From positions 1,553,855 through 1,617,854 of the forward strand of contig NMRA01000024.1 of NCBI GenBank assembly GCA_002633005.1: 64,000 nucleotides of DNA, in the 5' to 3' direction. Every line of letters begins with the position of its first letter. Position 1 is the first letter of the stretch. Positions 28,001-40,000 of this stretch are shown here, piece after piece. Both the position numbers and the translations under genes were made by a program. The DNA comes from Phoronis australis. Its lineage: Eukaryota; Animalia; Phoronida. A model generated the notes under the pieces. The model was not told where the DNA came from. It saw only the letters and a list, made by a program, of their open reading frames with translations, and ran no database searches.

Positions 28001-31000
28001 CAGACGTACCTGGCATCTAGCGCCTGCTCAACTGTGAACGGGGTGAGAAGTCTCTCTCGACGGGCCTCCTGCAACACAAGAGGGAAATGCCTTTTAATTA
28101 AGTTCTATATTTCAACAGCATTGAAAACAGCAGAAAAGGCGCTGTCATTAGGCAGTTGTTTCAACCTTCGTTCGCATTTCAGTTTTGCCTTTAACTGTTC
28201 ATTTCAAATAACCTGACACTTCACTAAAGACTAAAATACACTTGACTCTGCTTAATAACGTATCAGACCATGGAATAATGTGATTGTTGTCGTAAAAGTT
28301 CGGAAAACTGAATCATTTCCAATTAAACTCGTGCAAAGCAACCCGCATAATGTCATAATTTTAGGATAATGTCTCCACAAAATCATCAAAATTGATCTTT
28401 ACCATTTACATTAATACTAGCATTATGTACCTTCTCTTATCTAACTAAAAACTAACAAAATTCCTTATCAGTTCATCTATNCCCCCCACCATCACAAGCG
28501 AGCCATGTCGCCATACAGTAAGTAGCCGACGTACCTGGCATCTAGCGCTTGCTCAACTGTGAACGGGGTGAGAAGTCTCTCTCGACGGGCCTCCTGCAAC
28601 ACAAGAGGCAAATGCCTTTTAATTAAGTTCTATATTTGAAAAGCATTGAAAACACAGCAGAAAAGGCGCTGTCATTAGGCGGTTGTTTTAACCTTCGTTC
28701 GCATTTCAGTTTTGCCTTTAACTGTTCATTTAAAATAACCTGACACTTGACTAAAGACTAAAATACACTAGACTCTGCTAAATAACATGAAATAAGACCA
28801 TGGAATAACATGATTGTTGTCGTAAAAGTTCGGAAAACTGAATAATTTCCAATTAAACTGATGCAAATCAACCCGCATAATGTGATAATTTTAGGATAAT
28901 GTCTCCACAAAATCATCAAAATTGATTTTTACCCATTTACATTAATACTAGCATTATGTACCTTCTCTTATCTAACTAAAAACTAACAAAATTCCTTATC
29001 AGTTCATCTATAACTAAATGGAATTCAGAGCAGGGGATAAAAGTCAGTCACTTTAATTAGTACATCACATGCAGTACATTTCCTTAATATGTATCCTTGA
29101 TATCACTCTCACCGTGACTTTGACTGTCAGTGCTTCTTTAAGCCAATCCTCAGACAACTCCAACAGTAATGCCACCCAGCTGATCTCAGAGAGTTCACCA
29201 ATTTCTACTCCATCGTGAACGTCAGACTGAAAGAAGAATCCAGGAAACATAACAGACCTACATCGATAAGAAATCATAAAATTCAAGAAGATAGTAACAT
29301 TAATGATATGACTTAAGCCCGATTTAGGAGAACAGAATCTAAGACAAAACAAACAGTCTGCTCACCCCTTTCACTTTGAAGTAAACATTTCCGATATGCA
29401 GAATGGCCGACAATATCTTGAAGATGTTGTCTTGCTCATCGACATCAAATGCCAATACTTCCATGGCTGCCTTGAGCTTACTGAAATCTCGCCCGTCATC
29501 CTTACTCTCAATTTTCCAACTGCCTCCCTGTAAACACAACAGTCAACGCTAATGACAATAAAAGTTAAACAACGGTAGATGATATTGATTTTGGATGCAC
29601 CACGCACAGGGCCATAGGAAGTAGGGTGAGCGGGGAAAGGGGTACGTGTCCCTTCAATAATTTGGAGCAACAGAGACTTAACTTACACTGACGATTTGTG
29701 TGAAAAATAAGATTTGTAATAGAAATCATGGGGCAGATACCTTTCATTTACCTTGCCAAGAACTTCCATCGGTGATAGCACTTTTCAGTTTCCGACAATC
29801 CGTATCATAATTTTATGACACAGGGCTTAAAATGCCCAGTGACAAAAAAAGAGGAAAATTTTCCAGGCGATGTATAGGCTTGAGCGATAAAAATATTTTT
29901 TGTGTTTTAAAATTTAAGCGAAACAAATGTTTTTGTACAAATGAAGTCAACATAATGATAAAAAATAGATAAAAAATGGAAAAATGGAAATCAAATAAGG
30001 GGAAATCCTCTAAAAAGAGGAAAATTCCAAGTCCTAAACTGACATCAGTTTTCAATTTTTACAAACAATCACGAGGGTTAGTCATAACACATTCCCAACA
30101 TCTCGTTCTTAAACTGGGAAACATTGACCTCCATAACCATACAGCTGAGCTCACCCTGGTTAGATAGAAGTAGTCGTCGGGTCTCAGTAGACCGTAACTC
30201 TTCTTAGACTCGCCATCCATTCCGACCAGCATCTCGTAGAACACGTGATAGTTCCGCTCACCGTTGTTCTGAGTCACAATCCGAGATTTCTCCAGTAGAT
30301 ACTCGGAATTCTTTGCGCCAGTGATTTTTCCGCTAGAAACAAGGATTTAGAATTATAGTTTTACCACAGCTCACACGTGTACCCCACATACATACATATA
30401 TCTATATAAACCAAGGTACAACATATGGTAATTTGTTAACTTAGTTTATACAGGACCCAATCGAAAAGGAAGTATATTTAGCCTGGGTCTTTGTCCTCAA
30501 ATTCACAAAAAAATTAAAACGAAAAATCCATGAAATAGTTTTGAGTTCGATTTCAAGTACAGAAATTAGACCCCAGGCCATGATTGTAAATTTCAGCAAC
30601 GATACATTGTAATTACAGTAACTTCTGATTCAAAAAACGTTTTACTTAATAATCTTAGATACACGTACTTTTGAAAGTAGACCTCTACATATTTCCCAAA
30701 TCGGCTTGAGTTGTCGTTTCTAATTGTCTTGGCATTTCCAAATGCTTCCAGTATTGGGCTAGCTTCAAGGATTTGCTCTGAAATGGAGAATGAATGGCCA
30801 TCTTGAAGTTAGATTAAACCTGTTTTACTAAGTTCATGGAGACCATGGACACTGAATGGTCAACTTGAAGTAAGATAAATCAGTTTTACAAAGTTCATGG
30901 AGACCATGGAGAATTAGTCACCTTGAAGTTAGATAAACCAATTTTACTAAGTTCATGGAGACCATGGAGAATGAATGGTTATCTTGAAGTTAGATAAACT

Positions 31001-34000
31001 TGTTTTACTAAGTTCATGGAGACCATTAAACCGGACAACATTACTGCAAAGATTAAAAAATAATGCAATACAACATACAGCAAAGACACTGGTGGAAATG
31101 GCACTAAAACTTTAACAAGGGCAAATTTCAAGAAAAAATGCTCAAGACTCTAGTTAGAAATGTTGCATCATGCTCCCAGTCTGCTACACCAGAAGAAAGT
31201 TTTGACAAATCACACCTTAATAATTTATACAAATTCTCTGATAAAACAGCATTTTGGGGCATGTTCTCGGATACTTTGCAGTTTGTTGTAATGCGATTAA
31301 ATTATCATTCGAAAATTGTAGCGTGGAGCCAGCCACTACATTTCTGATTTTAGTCGCGATGACAGTTTCAACAAAACCTGGACTGTCAGGTTCAAAAGAA
31401 ATGCTCGATTTGAAGCACCATGCCATGATGGGAATTTACATCAAAAACACATTGTGAGCCATTATGTTTAAGTGTCAAGCACTTATAGAATAATAAAAGT
31501 AGTACTGCACTGTATACAAAGATACAAAATGTTGGGGACACAAAAATATTGAAGCTGGAAATAGGGCACTCAAGGCGTGAAAAGACGCATCCTGAAATGG
31601 CACAGCACCACTCTTCTACATACAAGGTACTAGTCACTATGTTATTCGTCATTGTAACAAGGGAAAACTTGTACCAATGCATTTGCAATGTCCACATCAA
31701 GACGTGGGCTAAAAGGCAACAGATCAGTGGATTGCAAAATATCGAGTTTACAAATTATTAGAATACCAGAATATTTGGAATTGTTTGAGGGAGAGAGGGT
31801 GCCTGTTTTGTAATTGTGAAAGTAAGATAATTTCAAAAACGACCTTAATATTGCTTGTGCCTAGGAGTTTATACAGTGACCATCTTGGCCGTCTTTTGCC
31901 GGGGACGGCCAGAATTTTATTTTGGATGGGTTCAACTGGACAGCCGGAGTTAAAAGACGAGCAAAATTTTAAAAAGTTGCTTGAAATGATGACCACTTTC
32001 TCAATATTACCAGCTGGTCGACTGTCGCTCAAGTAAATAGGCCATCGGTTGATTGCTGCTGAACACTTTACCTCTGTGCTAGTTTTTGGGCTTAGTCAAC
32101 ACTGGCACCTCCAGTATGAACGTTGCATTCTTTTTTAAGTAAAATGTTCCCACATATTGTTTCAAATAAGAATGTATGGGCTTCATTGTTAATGTCATTG
32201 AATAAACAAGTGTTTTTATCAATGATACATTTTAATTCCACTTCATTGTACTATGTTATTACACGGGTGGATACACCACTCCATGGCACCGCGGCCGCAG
32301 CAGTACCGACAGACCACCAACGCTCGCCGGATCTCCCATGTTTGGTCAATTGTTCTTTAGAAAATTTGAACTTTCAGTTTTGGAATCCTGGATAAACCCC
32401 TGCTTGTGCCATTGCAACATGTTCAAATTATTCATGTAATACATTTCTAACGTTTGGTAAATTGAAAAAAGTAGGCAACAACTTTGATCCACTTTATCTT
32501 GGTGCACGATATAACACACACAAGTGACACAGTTTGTGAATAAACGAAAAAGTTGAGAAACCATGCACAGACACCACTTTCTTACCGACAAACAAGGTGC
32601 CCCACATACTAGCTGCAAATGCAATGGCAAACAAGATGACAATACATTGTACACACAGCCAGTCCCACACCCAGTCTCTCAGACACTAACACCAGCCACA
32701 GCTGGACAAGGGAGTATGCGCTGCATCCATTTCAGTGAACGCCAATGTCGGTTAAAGCAACAAACCAAAATTTAAGAAATTTCAGTTTCTCAAAACGTGC
32801 TAGGCAGTAACAGACAAACAGTTGCAACACCACAGATCACAGCCCAATCAACAAACTTGAGATTGAACTATTAACCCTGCTTTGGTAATCCTTCTACTTA
32901 GCACGACTTCCAAGATTTCTCTTTCAAAATGATACTTAAGATTAATCAAAGGGTCATCAGGTACAAATTTGTACGGGAGAGAAAGAAAAAACATAGCTTA
33001 ATTATTGAGTTACCTGGTGGCATGTGATGGCACAAGCTGTGACAATTAGCAGATTGTGGAAATACAGTACAGTCAGAGAAGACAACTTCAAAACTAATCT
33101 GGAATTCTATTTTGATTTCAGAAATCGCATCTTGAGACCAAATCAATACAACTGTGCCTAAAGAATTAACGCACCGGTCACCAAGTTATTCTTGGACCTG
33201 TTGACCGCGGCCAAGTATTGCATGAGGAGTTTTGTACTTTCAGTTTTCCCAGCGCCTGATTCGCCAGAGATGACGATCACCTGACTCTGATTGTCCTTCA
33301 TCATCTTGGAGTAGGCGGAGCTACCGATGGCGAACAAGTGCCTGTACAACAAAGTATCATTTTCTCACATTAAAAATCAAATGGGCATTGATAAAATTCA
33401 TGAAACACCATAATGTAAAGCAACACACACAGGCGTTAATCCAGAAAACTATGGTAAGTAGGGTAAAATATCACCAATTTATGACACAATATGGCGGACA
33501 GGTGAAATTTTGTTTTCTCATTTTTTCATAAAAGACGAACAGCAACGGAATGATGCTTCGCCATATCTAACGTCTCTGTCGTAGCTACCAACAGACAGTA
33601 CTTTGAATGATTTTACACATTCACAAAAAAGTTAAAAGCCTCAAAAATGAAAAATACGTGTAATTTTGGCAATTATTTTTACCGAAATTGATGAGATTTC
33701 TACAACGCACCACTTGGCAGAATACACCTGTCCATCACCCTATACACCTTTATACAGTAAAATCTCACCAATTTAGGGCACATTATGGCAGACACGTGAA
33801 CTTTTATTTTCTTGTCTTTTTCCCATAAAAACAAGTAACACCAAATTAAAACTTACAGATCTGTACCATGACTACTGACAGACAATACTTTGAAAAATGT
33901 GGACTTTTCACAACGATGTTAGAAGCCCTTAAAAATTGTAAAAAAGAGTGTTTTCTCCAATTTATTATTCTTTTGGTCCAAAATTGGTGAGATTTTTCTG

Positions 34001-37000
34001 TACTGTGCACTTCAATAATTATTACTTCTAGCATTAATTTGCAGTGCTATAAACACAACATTAATGCAACAGATTCATTAATCTTATCAGTACTTTGATT
34101 TACAATTATTGTCCCAATTATTACTTCTGCTGATTTATAACTTTCATTATACATGTGTGCGTCAATTTCCTCAAAGCCCCAAGCAGCAGCACTTCCGAGG
34201 TCAAATTCAAACTGAAATAGACGGACTTCACAGAGAAGCATCCAAAAGCAGAGGCAATGTTTAACTTCATCTGGCCCCCTGGGACACTGTCTAGAACTCT
34301 GACCATTGATTTGCCTTTCAACGGAGACTTTGATCAAATAACAACACCACCTCTCATGTAAATAGCAAGATATTCAAGCAATCAAAATGATAAAAGGAAA
34401 TACAACAAAAGAAAACTACAACAAAAAGACTACTGCATGAGACTTCAAAATATATCAACTTACCTATCAGACAAACAATAGACAGGTACAACTAATAGTT
34501 ATTGGTTTTAGACAGTCAGTTCTAGAGATCACAAGATCTAGCCTACAACATGGTGTTATTCAGGAAACTATGATGTACAATTCTGTCCAGTGAATAGTTA
34601 GGTAGGAAAGCGATAAAAACAGTATGTTGCATGCAACTGGAAAGACTTGCAAATATTTATCATATTGCACATTAATTTAAACAACAAAGCATTCAGCTGT
34701 TACTTTACTCATAGACTGACCCCTGCAGGAAATTCAAATCTTCACTGGTTTCTCAAAACTATTATTTTATAACTAAGTGCGCAATGCAACAGCACCTGAA
34801 AGATCATAAGGTTAGCTTGCTGGTGCGCCGTGCTGCAATTCAAATCAGAACATAGTGGAGCCCCTTATCATATACTTGAAACTTTCACTTAACATTTTGC
34901 TAACCAGAAGACACCCGGAATCCAAGATATTTCAGCATAACATTTAGTTTTGAAATTTCTTATCCACTGAGACGAAATGTGCACTTTTATCCCAGAGCAC
35001 CAGTTTGTAATCATGGATAACCACCTTTTAATTATGGAAAATGGTTAAACGTACATTCATTAGAAATCTGGTATGAAAATCTGATGGGCACGCTGGAATG
35101 TTCTATGATCCATTGTACTGCATAGGGATGAAGTGAAGTACAACAAAATTTCGATAGTTTTGCTTGGGTTTTACTGATCAAATTATTCAGCCTGTGGTAT
35201 TAAATAGATTATTACATATTCTCGATCATTATTTCCTTTTAAGATCCCTCGTGAAATTTGGAAGAATTATCCCCCTCGGTTGTAGCAGACTCAGGAGGTA
35301 AGTCCTACAAATCTCGCAGTCTGGAACCGGAAAGTAACAGCCTTGCCACGTATCATTACAGATTAAGTTGTGCCTAGTGTAAGTCATAGTAGACTGAACA
35401 CCATGGACACTAACTCCGCAAGTCAACAGATCTAATCTTCAAACACTTACTCTCAACTCCAAATTATTTTTTGAAAATTTTTTGATTTACTTTCCACAAA
35501 CTTAAGATGCTTCTCGATAATTTGAGCTCGAGTAAATCGTAATTCACCTGAGTGTCTAATTCTAGTTTGCACTTGATTTCCCCAACGTCAAGGATACTGT
35601 TCGAAATTGACCACAAAATCACGAGTTTGGACTAGAGATTTTATAGCTCAAATCTAAGGTCCATCAAGTGTAAACTTGAGACTTCACTCTCATTTAAATA
35701 AAACACGAAATAATCAAGAACACAACCACAGACAACTATTTTGAAATTGAAGTACACGTAAACCAGAAAATATGAAAACAATTGGAGTTAGAGCTCAAAT
35801 ATGCGTATTAGATCCTCAAAGGAACAGATGTCATGTGAGTGCACATAGTATTCATACACCGTCATGTCAGTGCACGTAAGTATTCATATACTTTCACACC
35901 ATTTAAGACATTGGTTGCCATGGTAACACATGCATCAATACAATTCCCAAACTATCCAAGGCTCTAACACAAACACAAGATGGCGCAGGGTCCAAAAAAC
36001 TTGCTCCAAAATTGACCATAGACGTGTCCACAGGGGGTAATATTTTGGAATTAAATGTCATAATTGCCGCTTGTATGCAACACAAAACAAAATGTCCAAG
36101 CGTAATTCTTTACAGGAACCATCCAGAACAGCTTGCAAAGGAACACTACTTACGGAGGTTGAGTGCCGAGAACTTGGCCTTCGTATTTTCTGACCATGTT
36201 GAGCCCGTAAATGTTGAACATTTTGTATGGGTTGACTGCCACCAGGATACTTCCAACATACGTCTGTAAGAACAAAATATAAAATATTAAGAAATTAATA
36301 TAATTACTCAGCTGACCTTCAAATACATTGTTCATTTCCACTCACCCGTCTGAGAAACGGAGGTCTGTCGGTATTTTCCACTCACCTTTGCTGGAGGCAC
36401 CATTGAGTGTCACATTCCCACATAATAACTTAAATTAGCGCATGATGAGACAATACCTAAGCTAACATTTGGAGTTTACCCCAAATGCCTAAGCAAGCTG
36501 AAGCCAGGCTGTGATTAATTTGACATAATCAATTCACAAATTAATGCTGGTCACTTAACGGCGACTCTAAAAAAAATCTATCTTTTAAGATCTCTTATTT
36601 GTAATGCTTCAATTTTAAGAATTCAAAGACAATGAATGTGTATTTTTCAATTTTAAACACAGTCATGTTGGTCATTTGTCTTACTCATTGTTCGTTTTTT
36701 ACTTTGAAACTCGTAGGCTAAACAGGCGTGTTGGTTTACGACCGCAATTATCATATTCAGCACGTTCATCCAAGCCCATGAATAGCGAGCAGCTCAGTTC
36801 TTTCAATCTGTGACGGCGCCATCAAGTCTGATGTGCCGACGAATTCCCTAGATACGCTTTCTTATCCATTTGCGTGCAAATCTTGTTAGCGCAAGATTTT
36901 CCTAATGGAGATTTTTCCACAACAGCAATAGCAGTAGTAGTTGTAATAGTGTCTATTTTACTTCTGTAATAACCAAGACAAAATTCACTGAGGGCATGTG

Positions 37001-40000
37001 CTGCCACCTCCCAGTTGAGGGAAACACTTTTGAAGTTGGGGTGAGGTGGAATAAAATCTACCAACGCGAGATGCACACGAGATAACTTCAAGCACACAAT
37101 AACACCATGCGATGCAGAAGTGTTTTTGGCATTACTTAGAACAATAATAATAGCCACGCTTTAACTTTTCAAATGCTGACATGTGCTATTCTACGCCAGT
37201 TACACAATAGAGAACCACACTCATTGTTGTAGAAAAATTTGACAATATTAGTTTCACTGTTCAACAATACTTAGCACTAAATGGTAAAACTACACCTAAG
37301 TTGCAAATGTAACGAATTGTAAGCCACCTTGTATTGTTACAAAGGCGTAACAAATTTATTCTATGCATGGTAAAACATGAATGTAGAGATGCGAAAACTA
37401 GTGAAATGAGCTCTTTGAAAGCTACGTCAGGCAGAAAAAGAAAAACCAATATACTCACATAGATATTCTGATGGTCATATCTCTTATTCAAATTCGTCAG
37501 AAGAGCATTTTCAGTTAAGTCGCTGCAATGAAAAACCTTCAGGTCAACATCACCATTTAAAATGAGGTTTGTAGCACAAGCTTTCAGCAATAAAAGTCTT
37601 CTATCGAAGATTTTTTTTCTTGCTGGTTAAGATTTAAATTCCTAAATGCACTTAAATATCAGCAGTGGCCAAGAACACGTTTTTTTTCACAGTAAAATCT
37701 CACCAATGCTGGGCAAAAGTAATCGCCAAATTGCCCAATTTCATTTCATTTTTGAAAAGCTCTAAGCTTTGTTGAAAGTGGCCACAATTTAAAAGAGATT
37801 GTTTCATAGCAGCTGTGGTGTAAAACTTGAAAAGTAACAAAGCATCTATACGTGGAGCTATTCATCTTTTAAGCAAAAAGTGAAAAATAATACTCAAATT
37901 TTCCACAAAACAGTATCTTAACTGAGTGAGATTTTACTGTTAATTTCAATCCTATAGCTTGTTGAGAATCAATCTGAATGAGGCAAACAGGCTTACTGAT
38001 TACATATTGACAGTATGGCTCAATTACTACGCTACCCTTTAGTCTACTGTCCGAAGGTAAAATGATATTTCATCGCAACTACTCCTCAAGCACTCCATAA
38101 CACGCTTTTTAATGAAGAAAAGCAAAATTTGTTTTAAATATTACATACAAGTTCTGCAAGTTTTAGTGTTCAGTTCTTTATTAATTGATGAGGCTACCCT
38201 CATTATAAATATTACATTAATAAATAACTGAATTAATTAATCAAAACAACAGATGCTCACTGGCAAAGATTTCAAATTAACTCAAAACCAAGGCAAGTGA
38301 GACATAAACGAAAGCAATTGAGATAGATATATTTCTAGGAAATAAACCAACAATGTCACATGTCAGGCCTGCAATTGCGAAAGTAGAGCAAGTAAATACA
38401 CTTAGTCTTTTGATAACAAGACCAAAGCCCCTTGACTGGTTGCAATACACTGTACATTTATGGCATGCAGTCTGGCCTCAGTTCTGAGTAGTGTCAGAAA
38501 AGTTAGATGACTGGCATGTCACAGGATGCCAATCCCCCTCGCTAACTAGCAAAATACTGGCATCTACACTGACAGCAGAGAAAATGCCAGTAATGCAAAG
38601 GGTTGCAATTTTTGCTGAGCAACATGGCTGCGGTTTTTGCTAGGACTTTTGTAGCAAGACTTTTTACTTCAAAGAGAACACATGATCCATGGTAAGGAGG
38701 ACATTGAGTAGTGTTGAATAAAACAATTTATTGTGGTTCTTCGACATCAAATTTCACTTTGCAAATCATTTGGGCAGTGAAGTAACTTCTAGCTAAAATG
38801 GTCTATTTCTGGACTGCACATCTGTCTGCTTCAAACCTTTTTTTTAAACAGCAGCACTTTCACCACAGAAAATGACAATCGTTTTTGAAACCTGTGTGAC
38901 CCTGCAGCCCCTTCTAATCATTAACAAGAACAATGTAAAGCTTTGAAATTGGCATAAGACTGCACAACAGATATTACACTTCTAGGCCACTGGTTGAAGC
39001 AAAATATGACAAATCCGGATGAAATTGGAAAGTCCTATCATTCCCCTATTAGAAACTTATTTGCCAAATTTTATGATAAGCTGTCCATGGTCTCCAAATA
39101 CTGAAAATATAAAATGACCAAAAGTTAACGCAGAATAATTCTAATCTATGTAAAAATAGAATGGTTTTATCATCTCCGTAATAGAGCTATTAACCTTTGG
39201 ATAATTTAATAACATTCTCTCAAGGAACTTGCCAGGCAACAAATTCTCGAAGGGAACACGACAACCAATTTTCAAACAGCTCCTACAAGCAGTTTGCCAG
39301 ACAGAGACAGACATCAAAAAAAAACAGGCTTGTAAATAATAAAAATGGTTAATAGGTGGCGCAGAATTCTTTGAATCCATCCCAAAATGGAACCACTTCA
39401 TCGCTTCCCTAATAGCAAACTATTTCTTCTGATAACACGCCATTTACCCATAATGCACTTTTCTCCCTATGGTTCACTTCTGTCTAAAGTATTCTGACAA
39501 AAGGACTTGGAACTCCCCGCTTTGACAGCTGGTTTCCCTCACTACCCAGAATGACAGAGAATAAACAGGAAAGCTAGAAAGGTGATGCTTTGTGATTCTG
39601 TAATAACAATTTTTCTCCCATAATAGTTATTGCCCGTTGTTAATGAAGAATTTGTCATGACAGGGAAATGGTACGTCTAATAACTTTTGTCGTGTACTGT
39701 CGCTGAACAGTGAGTTACAAATCCAATATCAAAAATCGATTATAGTTAGATGTTCATACTTCACTGACTCCGTTAGTTCAGAGGCATACACTGCCTAATC
39801 TTTCGAAAATTAGCCTAAGGTCAATAACGAAATATGTTTTGCAACCTCTGCAAAAACATGAAAATCTAATCTGAAAAAATTGCTGTATTGAAACAAGTCA
39901 ATTTCACCAAGATAAGAAATACGATCCTGGGTTTTGGGAAACAATGCTTTAGTTCAAATCCAGTTTCCAATGGTAGTAAATTATTAAGAGTGAATACAAC

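Larger units (their letters stand above)
27957..29011. repeat. ~525-bp tandem duplication joined by a single N (28481); probable allelic contig overlap
   Basis: 27957-28480 vs 28482-29011, with scattered SNPs and small indels. Confidence 0.85.

Noticed and set aside
32261-32345. GC-rich patch with a minus-strand ATG in good context (MGDPASVGG...)
   Set aside because: Only 26 codons, no convincing splice donor and no homology.
36442-36505. ATGATGA...CTGA box C/D pattern
   Set aside because: Antisense to the host gene, with no terminal stem.
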